A stretch of 25,285 nt of DNA, from the IMG/VR virus record IMGVR_UViG_3300031420_000399, one strand, 5' to 3'. Below are positions 1-7,514 of the stretch, piece by piece (within the stretch, counting starts at the first letter, position 1; each line of letters begins with the position of its first letter). The translations under genes were made by a program, and so were the position numbers. The DNA is from a virus (lineage: Duplodnaviria; Heunggongvirae; Uroviricota; Caudoviricetes). Below the pieces are notes generated by a model, which made no database searches, had not been told where the DNA came from, and was given only the letters and a program-made list of their open reading frames with translations.

Positions 1-158
1 TCGAGGGCATCGAGGATAGCTACGGAAAGGAACCTCTCATCGATCTCCCCCAGGGCAGTGTCGCTCGAGCTCAGAACGGCGTCTCGGTGGTGCTCCATCA
101 GCTCCCTCATTCTAGCCGCAAGCTGATCCTAGCTCCCCTGGACGGACTCGATGATTGA
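1..158 (+). CDS. 3' end of a hypothetical protein (5'-truncated by the window edge)
   Basis: Frame 3 is open from base 3 (EGIEDSYGKEPLIDLPQGSVARAQNGVSVVLHQLPHSSRKLILAPLDGLDD) to TGA 156-158. It overlaps the ATG at 151 (ATGATTGA), which suggests translational coupling. Confidence 0.65.
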   Translation, partial: EGIEDSYGKEPLIDLPQGSVARAQNGVSVVLHQLPHSSRKLILAPLDGLDD

Positions 159-633
159 GCCTGAGGAGTTTCAGGGCCGTAGACTAGTCGACCTCGACGA
201 TGGCCGGGAGGCAGTGCTCTATGATCCCACCGAGGCGGTTGAGGAGTGGGCAGAAGAGGAATCCGCTCGAAAGCGCATCGGGGCGCTCGACGGAGGCATC
301 GAAGTCGACCAGGGTGAGGTCATCGAGCAGGACGAGGACGGTCAGACAGGAGCCAACAGCTCCGGGACCGTGGTAGCCGTACCGAAGCGAGGCCAGGAAG
401 AGATCTTCGCTCAGCTGAAGTTTTCCGCAGTGCTGCCCGTATCTGCTGGTAGCATCGATGAGGCCATGGACCATGCTCGACGGCATCTCCTTCGGGCTGG
501 ATTGAGCTCAAAGGACTTTCTGAGCTTCAACATGACGACTCACTACTACCAGGCAGCGCTCGGAAAGCGTGAGTGTGGCTGGAGCTTTGCCTTCGAGCAG
601 CGCCCCCAGAGCCTGATCCTTTCTTCGCACTAG
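151..633 (+). CDS. Hypothetical protein, 160 aa, acidic N-terminal half
   Basis: ORF is coupled to the upstream stop and has element-typical codon usage (GAG, CTC, GAC). No motif recognised. Confidence 0.7.
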   Translation: MIEPEEFQGRRLVDLDDGREAVLYDPTEAVEEWAEEESARKRIGALDGGIEVDQGEVIEQDEDGQTGANSSGTVVAVPKRGQEEIFAQLKFSAVLPVSAGSIDEAMDHARRHLLRAGLSSKDFLSFNMTTHYYQAALGKRECGWSFAFEQRPQSLILSSH

Positions 634-642
634 AGGCTCCGG

Positions 643-672
643 TTGACGGAATTGCTCGATTGGGTGTAGGAT
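643..672 (+). promoter_or_regulatory. SigA-type promoter, probably leaderless
   Basis: TTGACG (643-648), 18-bp spacer, TAGGAT (667-672). ATG at 679 follows 6 nt later with no Shine-Dalgarno. Confidence 0.65.
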
Positions 673-678
673 TGCACC

Positions 679-1812
679 ATGTACCTGATCTCTGAGCTTA
701 AGCCCCGCGGGGCTATTGCTTATCGAGCACCTCGCCGAGAACGACCCCAGGAGGAGCTTCCCGAGCCCGACTCCCTGAGGCTCATGGAGAAGGTCTACGC
801 GCAATTCGACCGGAAGATCGGGATCAAGGGCTACAGGACAACACTGTCCAACAAGGCTGACAGTTCCTACGAGGATCTCCGGGCTATCGGCTGGGCAACG
901 CACCGGGCTGAGCGAGAGCTCCTGCCTGAGGGCTATTCTCCTGGCAAGCGTCCCCTTCTCGACGGCCTTGCCATCAATCTCATCGACCAGGTATTCAACG
1001 ACGAACTCGATAGCTATCTCCTCTCTGAGCGCTTCCCAAAGCGCCATATCTTCAAGGGTCGGCAGGTCGAGAATCCCATCTCTCTGGATCAGCTCATGCA
1101 GGATCTCATCGATCTGTCCAGCTGGGAGAGTAAGTCCCCGGGTGCTGGCTCTCCCGCTAAGACCTGGGAAATCGGCGTCTCTGACAGGATCGCTGGCTGG
1201 GGCAAGCTGACCTTCCTGGCTGACATCAGGGTCGAGCACAGGGAGACCACCATCTTCGCGGTCAGCTCCCCGGATGACTGGCTCAAAAGAGTGGTTCAGG
1301 GCATCAATGGCGTTCTCGACGACATGGTCCGCCGGAGAGGGCTCGCAAGGTTCTACGGCGATACCAAGAAGGCTCCAGCACTGCCAGCAGATCTTCGCGC
1401 CATGCTGAAGGAGGAGCTCGAAGGGATCGGCGTTCCCAATGGAACCTACAGCCGAGAGGGTTTCAGCTCGGGCTACTTCCCCTATCCCGTGACCACCTCA
1501 GAGATCAAGGACCGTCGCACCACGGCCACACACCTGATCTTCCTACGCTGCGATTGCGGCGCTGTCAAGGGGGTCACGCTAAGGGGTGGTTTCAAGAGGC
1601 AGAAGTCTACTCTCACTTCCTTCACGAAGAATCAGATCGTTCCCTGGCACGACTCCTTCTGCGGGCTTCTCAGCGGCCACCGTCAGCGCTCTGCTGTTGC
1701 TGGACTTCAGCCCGTCGGATCGAAGGCTGTAGCCATGGACCCTGATCCCTACATGTCCTTCTACGAGGATGTCGATGACGAGATCTTCCTCAGCGACTCC
1801 ATCCCCTACTAA
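679..1812 (+). CDS. Hypothetical protein, 377 aa; paralogue of 1834..2961; C-terminal Cys/His motif
   Basis: Aligns by eye along its length with the next ORF (PDSLR, LR..G.AT.RA..E....GYS, P.LD.LA..LI.Q.F, G.Y.R.....G.FP, LIF..CD, I.PWH...CG). Confidence 0.85.
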   Translation: MYLISELKPRGAIAYRAPRRERPQEELPEPDSLRLMEKVYAQFDRKIGIKGYRTTLSNKADSSYEDLRAIGWATHRAERELLPEGYSPGKRPLLDGLAINLIDQVFNDELDSYLLSERFPKRHIFKGRQVENPISLDQLMQDLIDLSSWESKSPGAGSPAKTWEIGVSDRIAGWGKLTFLADIRVEHRETTIFAVSSPDDWLKRVVQGINGVLDDMVRRRGLARFYGDTKKAPALPADLRAMLKEELEGIGVPNGTYSREGFSSGYFPYPVTTSEIKDRRTTATHLIFLRCDCGAVKGVTLRGGFKRQKSTLTSFTKNQIVPWHDSFCGLLSGHRQRSAVAGLQPVGSKAVAMDPDPYMSFYEDVDDEIFLSDSIPY

Positions 1813-1833
1813 GTCCGTCCGATAGGTAGTTCC

Positions 1834-2961
1834 ATGTTCCTTATTCCGGAAACGATTGCATCGCGGGTTGAGCCTACAGCCCCGAGCAACTCCCGGGTCA
1901 GCACCCTGGAGCATCCGGATAGCCTTCGTGCGGTCGGTCGCATCCTCGACCAGTTCGGTGACGAGCCTACCTATCTCATGGGTGTCGCTGGGCTTGAGTC
2001 CAACCGCTGGGCTTCGACTCTCCGGTCTGTCGGCCTCGCAACGCTTCGAGCTCGCAGCGAAATGCAGCAGCCTGGCTACAGCGCCGAAGAGTTCCCCGTA
2101 CTTGACCGGCTTGCGGCTGGCCTCATCGAGCAGCTCTTCCGGCGCAACTACGGCAACCCGGTAGGAGCTGACTTCAAGGATCTCGACCCGGAAGCCAGGG
2201 GCTATCGGAAGTCCTACAGGCGTGTATCCTTGGACGGAGTAGTGGCCAGGCTCAATTCAAATCGAACGGCTCAGGCCGATCGGTTCAGGGGTAATCGAGG
2301 AGAGCTTGAGTTCACCTTTCAGGCAGTAGGCAAGGTCCAGCGATTGATCTTCCAGGCTGAGGTAGACGAGGATGGATGCACACGGGAGATCCTGGGGGTC
2401 AAGCGCAAGGGTCGCGGAGCGCCTGTGAACAGTGAGGCAAGCGACATCCTAAATTCGCTCAACAGGATCCTTCAGGATCAGTCGGCTCGCAGACAGCTTG
2501 CTGAGCTATTCCTTGAGACACCCCGAGCCCTTGCCCCCTCTGCGGCAATCGTAGCTGAAATCGAGCGTGATCTTCGAATCTACGGTTTTGCCATCGGGGA
2601 CTACAACCGGAGCTCCCTGGGCGCTGGATTCTTCCCTCATTCCCGCTACTACCAGGGCCCTGAGGGAGGCTCTGGGCCATCGCTGATCTTCGAGCACTGC
2701 GATAGCTGCCACAGCCTCCGGGGGATCACAGCGGACGGTGCGTCAGCTTTCCAGCTCAAGTGTCTCGAGAAGCTCACCGCCGCTAGGATCGAGCCCTGGC
2801 ACCGGGACATCTGCGGCAAGACTGCTGAGCAGGTAGACAGCAAGGACGCGAGAGACCGTAGACTCCAGGAAGTCAGAGCCCGGGCCATCGAGCGCAAAAA
2901 GATGCTAGAGGTCAAGTTCCAGTCCTCTGGGAACCCCGACATTCAGCGTAGGCAGCAATGA
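1834..2961 (+). CDS. Hypothetical protein, 375 aa; paralogue of 679..1812
   Basis: Carries the same motif series as 679..1812, and the length is nearly identical. Confidence 0.85.
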   Translation: MFLIPETIASRVEPTAPSNSRVSTLEHPDSLRAVGRILDQFGDEPTYLMGVAGLESNRWASTLRSVGLATLRARSEMQQPGYSAEEFPVLDRLAAGLIEQLFRRNYGNPVGADFKDLDPEARGYRKSYRRVSLDGVVARLNSNRTAQADRFRGNRGELEFTFQAVGKVQRLIFQAEVDEDGCTREILGVKRKGRGAPVNSEASDILNSLNRILQDQSARRQLAELFLETPRALAPSAAIVAEIERDLRIYGFAIGDYNRSSLGAGFFPHSRYYQGPEGGSGPSLIFEHCDSCHSLRGITADGASAFQLKCLEKLTAARIEPWHRDICGKTAEQVDSKDARDRRLQEVRARAIERKKMLEVKFQSSGNPDIQRRQQ

Positions 2962-3014
2962 TCCCAAGCACTGATTAGCCCACCTGCGCACGGATCACAA
3001 TGGCGTAGTTGGGT

Positions 3015-3023
3015 TGATAGGAT
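3015..3023 (+). promoter_or_regulatory. Extended -10 promoter element (TG-A-TAGGAT)
   Basis: TGnTAnnnT match 40 nt upstream of the ATG at 3063, with GAAGGA RBS-like sequence before that start. Confidence 0.5.
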
Positions 3024-3062
3024 AGTTCCAACTGCATCGACCTTTCGAAGGAACGAATCAGC

Positions 3063-3377
3063 ATGGCTGACAGAACAGCACAGGACACCTCCATTGGAGT
3101 AGGAGCACCGATGCTCCCAGCCCATCGTGGTTCGGGCAGAGACTACACCGGCCCCGAAGAGCGCCGGCTTGTCGCTCGAGGCCATCTCACGGTGTTCTTC
3201 GCTCTTGTGGCGATTCTGGTCCCCAGGGTCTACCCCTTTGAGACCATGGGCCTGACCGGAACGGTCGCATCCCTGGTGATCTTCTTCGCACTTCTCGGCT
3301 CCATTGCTCTCACAGGGCTGAGCTTCATCACCGTCGCCCAGCGTGCAGCTGAGGCCGAGAACGAGGAGGAGCTCTGA
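3063..3377 (+). CDS. Small membrane protein, 104 aa, two predicted TM helices
   Basis: Hydrophobic stretches LTVFFALVAILVP and VASLVIFFALLGSIALTGLSFITV, with an acidic tail. GAAGGA RBS upstream. Confidence 0.7.
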   Translation: MADRTAQDTSIGVGAPMLPAHRGSGRDYTGPEERRLVARGHLTVFFALVAILVPRVYPFETMGLTGTVASLVIFFALLGSIALTGLSFITVAQRAAEAENEEEL

Positions 3378-3442
3378 GTTCCAATCCGATGGGCCACGAT
3401 ATGGCCCGCAATCTACCAGCAAAGTAGCAGCAGTAGCAACAG

Positions 3443-3733
3443 ATGGAGAGACTGATGACACTCATCACGAACACTCACCCGCTCGTTCCGGCCGAGGCCA
3501 CCGAAAAGCTCAAGGAGAGGGGGTTCAGGGTCTTCCTCTCCACCGAGTCCAGCCTGGAAGCTGGCAACGGTGTCCATGTGCTTCAGATCATCCGTCTCGA
3601 GGATGGCGAGTATCGAGCATCCCAGCTCCCCCAGAAGACCACTGATGTGAGCGCCCATCGGGATGCCACCGTTCTCCCCGAGATGGGTGAAGTCCTCAAG
3701 TGGCTCGAAGCCCGGAGCGCCGCCGGGAACTGA
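3443..3733 (+). CDS. Hypothetical protein, 96 aa (the start could be 3452)
   Basis: ORF has typical codon usage. GGAGA precedes the ATG at 3452. Confidence 0.6.
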   Translation: MERLMTLITNTHPLVPAEATEKLKERGFRVFLSTESSLEAGNGVHVLQIIRLEDGEYRASQLPQKTTDVSAHRDATVLPEMGEVLKWLEARSAAGN

Positions 3734-3824
3734 GCTTCGCTCTTCCCGTGTATCATCGACCAACAGTGATTAGTCGCTGTGACCAGTAGCAAGACCAACA
3801 GCTGAAAGAAGGATCCGGAATACC

Positions 3825-4139
3825 ATGACCGCACTCAACGGCCTCCTCGACGGAGAGACCGCAGCCGCACTCCAGGGACTCTACGGAGTTCAGAACGCCG
3901 AGGATTCCCCACGGGGATCCGAATCCGAAGCTGAGTCCAACTGGGGCGACTACGAGGATGTCACCGAAGAGGGGTCCTACTGCGACAGCTGTGGCGGCGC
4001 GTTCCCGGAAGATGAGCTCTCGGGTGGAACTGGCATCGGCGATGAGGAAGTACTCTGCGGAGAATGTGACCGCAGGATCAACAACCACGCTGTCGGTCGC
4101 TTCCAGTCCATCGATCACAAGTTCGACGCTGAAGACTGA
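3825..4139 (+). CDS. Small acidic zinc-ribbon protein, 104 aa
   Basis: CDSCG...CGECD (two CxxC pairs). GAAGGA upstream and a terminator downstream. Confidence 0.75.
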   Translation: MTALNGLLDGETAAALQGLYGVQNAEDSPRGSESEAESNWGDYEDVTEEGSYCDSCGGAFPEDELSGGTGIGDEEVLCGECDRRINNHAVGRFQSIDHKFDAED

Positions 4140-4160
4140 CTCCGGCTTCTAGGGGCTCTA

Positions 4161-4202
4161 GGATGGGGCGAATGGCGAAAGCTGTTCGCCCCATCCTGTT
4201 TT
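4161..4202 (+). terminator. Intrinsic terminator
   Basis: GGATGGGGCGAA/TTCGCCCCATCC perfect 12-bp stem, extended by TGGC-GAAA-GCTG (GNRA loop) and followed by TGTTTT. Confidence 0.85.
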
Positions 4203-4361
4203 ACTGGGTTCGCTCGATCTTTAGATGCACCTGGCTCACAGTAGCTGCGCTCCTGCGCGACCCTAGGTCGGTAGTTGCGTAACCCGATAGCCTTTAGCTA
4301 TCGAGGGCTTAGACTGCCTCTGGGCGCATCATTCAGCGTTAGATAGCACCTTCGAACAGCT

Positions 4362-4380
4362 TGCTAAAATCTACGGAGGA
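4362..4380 (+). promoter_or_regulatory. Extended -10 (TG-C-TAAAAT) and RBS GGAGGA
   Basis: TGCTAAAAT at 4362-4370, GGAGGA at 4375-4380, ATG at 4388. Confidence 0.6.
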
Positions 4381-4387
4381 AAATCCA

Positions 4388-5644
4388 ATGGCCGCAAAGT
4401 ACCACATCAGCGACAACGGCATGCCGGGGAAGTGCAGCGCTTCTAGCCCCGACAGCTGCCCGAAGACTCAGGCAGGAGACGGATTCCACGGAACCCTGGA
4501 GGAGGCCACTCAGGAGTCGCAGTCGCGCTTCGAGGCTCAGCTGGGAGCCTTCGTGACTGCCTCCAAGAAGGAAGAGACGGCTGAAGCCCCAACAGCCGAG
4601 GGTTACACCGCAGCTCGCTTCGATGGTTACACTGCAGCTGAGCTCAGAACTGAGCTCGCCATGTGGGACACCGAGAACCCGGCAGAGGACACCACCGATC
4701 TAGAGATGGCGCTCGTCGCTGCAGAGGCCCGAGAGGCCGCAGAGTCCTCCACTGATTCGTCCGTAGAGATCTACAGGCACCCCCAGGGCAAGTTCGTCCA
4801 GGTCTACGCCGATGGAAGCGTTCGCGCATTCGACAAGGATGGCCGAGAGGCTAAGACCTCCGCTACCGCCGAGAAGCTCCGCGAGGGCTATGGATCCTGG
4901 AAGCGGGATCACAGCGCTGCTAAGCCGGCTGTCTCTAAGGAAGACGCAGATGCCATGATGGACGAGCTCGTATCCTCCGAGATGAACTACGAGAGGGCTA
5001 GGAACGAGCTCAGCCAGGGCTTCAAGGAGCGTAAGGCCTACGATGAGGCCTATGGTCTCAAGGAAGGTCGCGCCTGGCACACCGCCTACGACTACTCTTC
5101 TTTTGGAGGGATGGCTTCCCGTAAGGTCAGGGGCATGAACCCCAAGAACGGCCCGACCCAGTACACTCCTACCCAAGCCCAGATCGACCAGCAGATCGAT
5201 CAGAGGAAGGCCTTCGACAGGGCCACAAAGTGGCGCGAGGAGGCACAGACAAACCTCGAAGAGGCAGGCCTTGGCCACAAGATCCCGGACGAGGGCAACA
5301 CGGTTCGAGTTCGCACCCAGGCTCAGAAGTGGCTCCTCAAGAACGAGCTCCAGGGCCAGATCTCCGACGGCCACTGGGAGAACAGTGGCGGCAACGCCTG
5401 GGAGGACTGGTCCAACGCAAAGGTCATCGTAGACCCCGACAACCCCGGCCGGAACTTCAACACCAGCAAGGACAACTACCAGCTCAACTCCAAGGCTCTC
5501 CTCGATGTTGTCGGAGACCGGATGGTGGAGGATGTCCAGAAGAGGACTGGCAAGGTAGACTACAACGCAAAGGCCATGAACGCCGATCTCAAGGACCTCC
5601 GCGAGATCTTCAAGACCAAGCGTGGCTTCGTAAGCGGCAACTGA
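4388..5644 (+). CDS. Hypothetical multidomain protein, 418 aa, with an N-terminal YH/Cys/Cys/His module
   Basis: The strong RBS places the start at 4388 (MAAKYHISDNGMPGKCSASSPDSCP...FHG) rather than 4361. C-terminal globular segment ELQGQISDGHWEN. Followed by a terminator. Confidence 0.85.
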   Translation: MAAKYHISDNGMPGKCSASSPDSCPKTQAGDGFHGTLEEATQESQSRFEAQLGAFVTASKKEETAEAPTAEGYTAARFDGYTAAELRTELAMWDTENPAEDTTDLEMALVAAEAREAAESSTDSSVEIYRHPQGKFVQVYADGSVRAFDKDGREAKTSATAEKLREGYGSWKRDHSAAKPAVSKEDADAMMDELVSSEMNYERARNELSQGFKERKAYDEAYGLKEGRAWHTAYDYSSFGGMASRKVRGMNPKNGPTQYTPTQAQIDQQIDQRKAFDRATKWREEAQTNLEEAGLGHKIPDEGNTVRVRTQAQKWLLKNELQGQISDGHWENSGGNAWEDWSNAKVIVDPDNPGRNFNTSKDNYQLNSKALLDVVGDRMVEDVQKRTGKVDYNAKAMNADLKDLREIFKTKRGFVSGN

Positions 5645-5655
5645 TTCCCCTTCTC

Positions 5656-5701
5656 AGTCGGGCGGCATTACTGGAAACGGTGATGCCGCCCGATTGTGTT
5701 T
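5656..5701 (+). terminator. Intrinsic terminator
   Basis: TCGGGCGGCAT-TACTG-GAAA-CGGTG-ATGCCGCCCGA forms a ~16-18-bp stem with G.U pairs and a GAAA loop, followed by TTGTGTTT. Confidence 0.8.
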
Positions 5702-5761
5702 CGAGCCAGATCCGCGTAGGATGCTCTCATCTGTTCGTGGTATTGGCTGGAAGTAGGAGAC

Positions 5762-6079
5762 ATGTTGGTGACCTCTCAGCTGATTTGCTACAGAAGCGCC
5801 TCCGCAAATCTTTCCGTGAGCCCCTCCGTGGGCCTGGCTTTCATCGGAAGCCTCGTCGCTCAGGATCGCCGCCAGGGCCACGCTACAGGCCTACTTCAGC
5901 TGATCTGTGACAGGGCTGACAGCGAGGGGCTCGAGCTCAGGCTCACCGTAGGCTCCGAAGGCGGACCCGAAGACGCCTCTGACGCTGATCTCATTCGGTT
6001 CTACGGAAAGTTCGGCTTCAAGCAGCTCACCGTTGACAACGCCTACTACCTCGGTCGTCAGCCGACATCTCGAGGGTAG
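5762..6079 (+). CDS. Small GNAT-family acetyltransferase-like protein (possibly N-terminally short)
   Basis: Acetyl-CoA-binding motif A (RRQGHATGLL) and a motif-B-like LIRFYGKFGF. An in-frame TAG at 5717 limits N-terminal extension. Confidence 0.6.
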   Translation: MLVTSQLICYRSASANLSVSPSVGLAFIGSLVAQDRRQGHATGLLQLICDRADSEGLELRLTVGSEGGPEDASDADLIRFYGKFGFKQLTVDNAYYLGRQPTSRG

Positions 6080-6088
6080 CTCTAGTGT

Positions 6089-6117
6089 TTGCGAATTGGG
6101 TGGCCATGGTGTACCGT
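6089..6117 (+). promoter_or_regulatory. SigA-type leaderless promoter of pncB
   Basis: TTGCGA (6089-6094), 17-bp spacer, TACCGT (6112-6117). ATG at 6125 follows 7 nt later with no SD. Confidence 0.6.
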
Positions 6118-6124
6118 TGATCGC

Positions 6125-7492
6125 ATGAGTACATTCAGCCCCCTGGAGTTCGACTTCAACTCCGAGCCTCATTCCCCCGCCCTGAAGCTCGACTTCTACG
6201 AGCTCACCATGGCCGCTGCAGCCCTGAAGGCAGGCACTGCCCACAAGCGCGCCACCTTCGAGCTCTTCGCTAGGAAGCTCCCCACGGGGCGACGCTATGG
6301 AGTCGTCGCGGGCGTGCAGCGAGCCATCGAAGCCGTACAGGACTTCATCTTCACCGAAGAGCAGCTCGACTACCTCTCCACGAAGCCCGGCATCACCGAA
6401 GAGCTCATCGACGAGCTCGCGACTTTCAGCTTCGAGGGTAGGCTCACCGGCTACCCCGAGGGTTCGCTCTACTTCCCCTACAGCCCCATCCTCCGGGTCG
6501 AGGGTACCTTCCTCGAGTGTGTGCTCCTCGAGACCGTGCTCCTCTCGATCTACAACCACGACTCGGCCATCGCATCGGCAGCTTCCCGCATGGTTCAGGC
6601 AACTCACGGGAAGTTCGGACTCATCGAGATGGGATCCCGACGGACCCATGAGGAATCTGCCATCGCCGTAGCTCGGGCTGCCTACATCGCAGGCTTCCAG
6701 GCAACTTCCAATGCTGAGGCTGGAATGCGCTACGATCTCCCGATCACAGGCACCGCAGCCCATGCCTTCACGCTCTCCTTCGAGGATGAGCGGGAGGCCT
6801 TCCGGGCTCAGATCGATGCCCTCGGAGTGAGCACGACTCTCCTCGTGGACACCTATGACATCCAGCAGGGGATCCGCAACGCCATCGAGGTGGCGGGCCC
6901 GAAGCTCGGCGGAATCCGCATCGACTCGGGCGATCTCCATGAGGAGACGGTGAAGGCTCGACAGCTCCTCGACTCCCTGGGCGCCACGGAGACGAAGATC
7001 ATCCTCTCCAGTGACATCGATGAGTACAGCCTCAGCGAGATGGTAGAGCGCGGCACCCCAGTGGACGGGGCAGGCGCCGGCACTCGAGTCGCAACCGGCT
7101 CCGGCCATCCGACCTGTGGTATGGTCTACAAGCTTGTGGAGCGTGAGGCCGAGGATGGCTCCATGGTTCCCGTGGCCAAGCGCGCCGCCGGAAAGAAGTC
7201 CCTGGGCGGACTCAAGACCCCCATGCGGACCTACGATGCTGACGGCCACTACAACCGGGAGATTCTCTTCACGGCAGCCAACGGCGATCCCCGCACCATC
7301 GCTACTCTGAAGGAAGAGATCCTGGAGCCTCAGCAGATCGAACTTCTTACTCCCGAAGGCTCAGACTATGACGGGAGCCTCAGGGCAGCTCAGGCGCGAC
7401 TCCGAGAGGAGCTCACTTGTCTTCCCGAAGAGGCCCTTTCTGTGATCGCTGGAGACCCCTTCCTCGAGGCTCAGCCCTACGAGTCGCACTGA
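6125..7492 (+). CDS. pncB: Nicotinate phosphoribosyltransferase, 455 aa
   Basis: Actinobacterial NAPRTase motifs: DFYELTM, FELFARKLP..RRYGVVAG, EMGSRRTHE, GTAAHAF (phospho-His), LLVDTYD, IRIDSGDL, ATGSGHPTCGMVYKLV. Start placed at 6125 from the promoter geometry. Confidence 0.95.
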   Translation: MSTFSPLEFDFNSEPHSPALKLDFYELTMAAAALKAGTAHKRATFELFARKLPTGRRYGVVAGVQRAIEAVQDFIFTEEQLDYLSTKPGITEELIDELATFSFEGRLTGYPEGSLYFPYSPILRVEGTFLECVLLETVLLSIYNHDSAIASAASRMVQATHGKFGLIEMGSRRTHEESAIAVARAAYIAGFQATSNAEAGMRYDLPITGTAAHAFTLSFEDEREAFRAQIDALGVSTTLLVDTYDIQQGIRNAIEVAGPKLGGIRIDSGDLHEETVKARQLLDSLGATETKIILSSDIDEYSLSEMVERGTPVDGAGAGTRVATGSGHPTCGMVYKLVEREAEDGSMVPVAKRAAGKKSLGGLKTPMRTYDADGHYNREILFTAANGDPRTIATLKEEILEPQQIELLTPEGSDYDGSLRAAQARLREELTCLPEEALSVIAGDPFLEAQPYESH

Positions 7493-7514
7493 AGAAGCTT
7501 TAAGGAATAGAATC

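Noticed and set aside
4203-4300. Possible tRNA (GGTTCG T-loop-like sequence) or self-cleaving ribozyme
   Set aside because: The flanks do not form a T-stem or cloverleaf, and no hammerhead core (CTGATGA...GAAA) is present.
5230-5910. 226-aa alternative plus-strand ORF overlapping 4388..5644
   Set aside because: An off-frame Arg/Pro/Gly-rich translation that runs through a clear terminator hairpin.
6089-6124. ORF-track start for pncB at TTG 6089
   Set aside because: This TTG is the -35 box of a promoter whose geometry points to ATG 6125, and homology begins after it.
6060-6125. NrtR operator upstream of pncB or pncA
   Set aside because: I could not find a convincing palindrome in either upstream region.
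5891-7249. Long minus-strand ORF (452 aa) and similar antisense ORFs (508..1239, 4700..5374, 9244..10032, 14440..15171, 15690..16463, 22548..23618)
   Set aside because: These are shadows of well-supported plus-strand genes, expected from GC-rich codon bias. They have no motifs, RBS or operon context.
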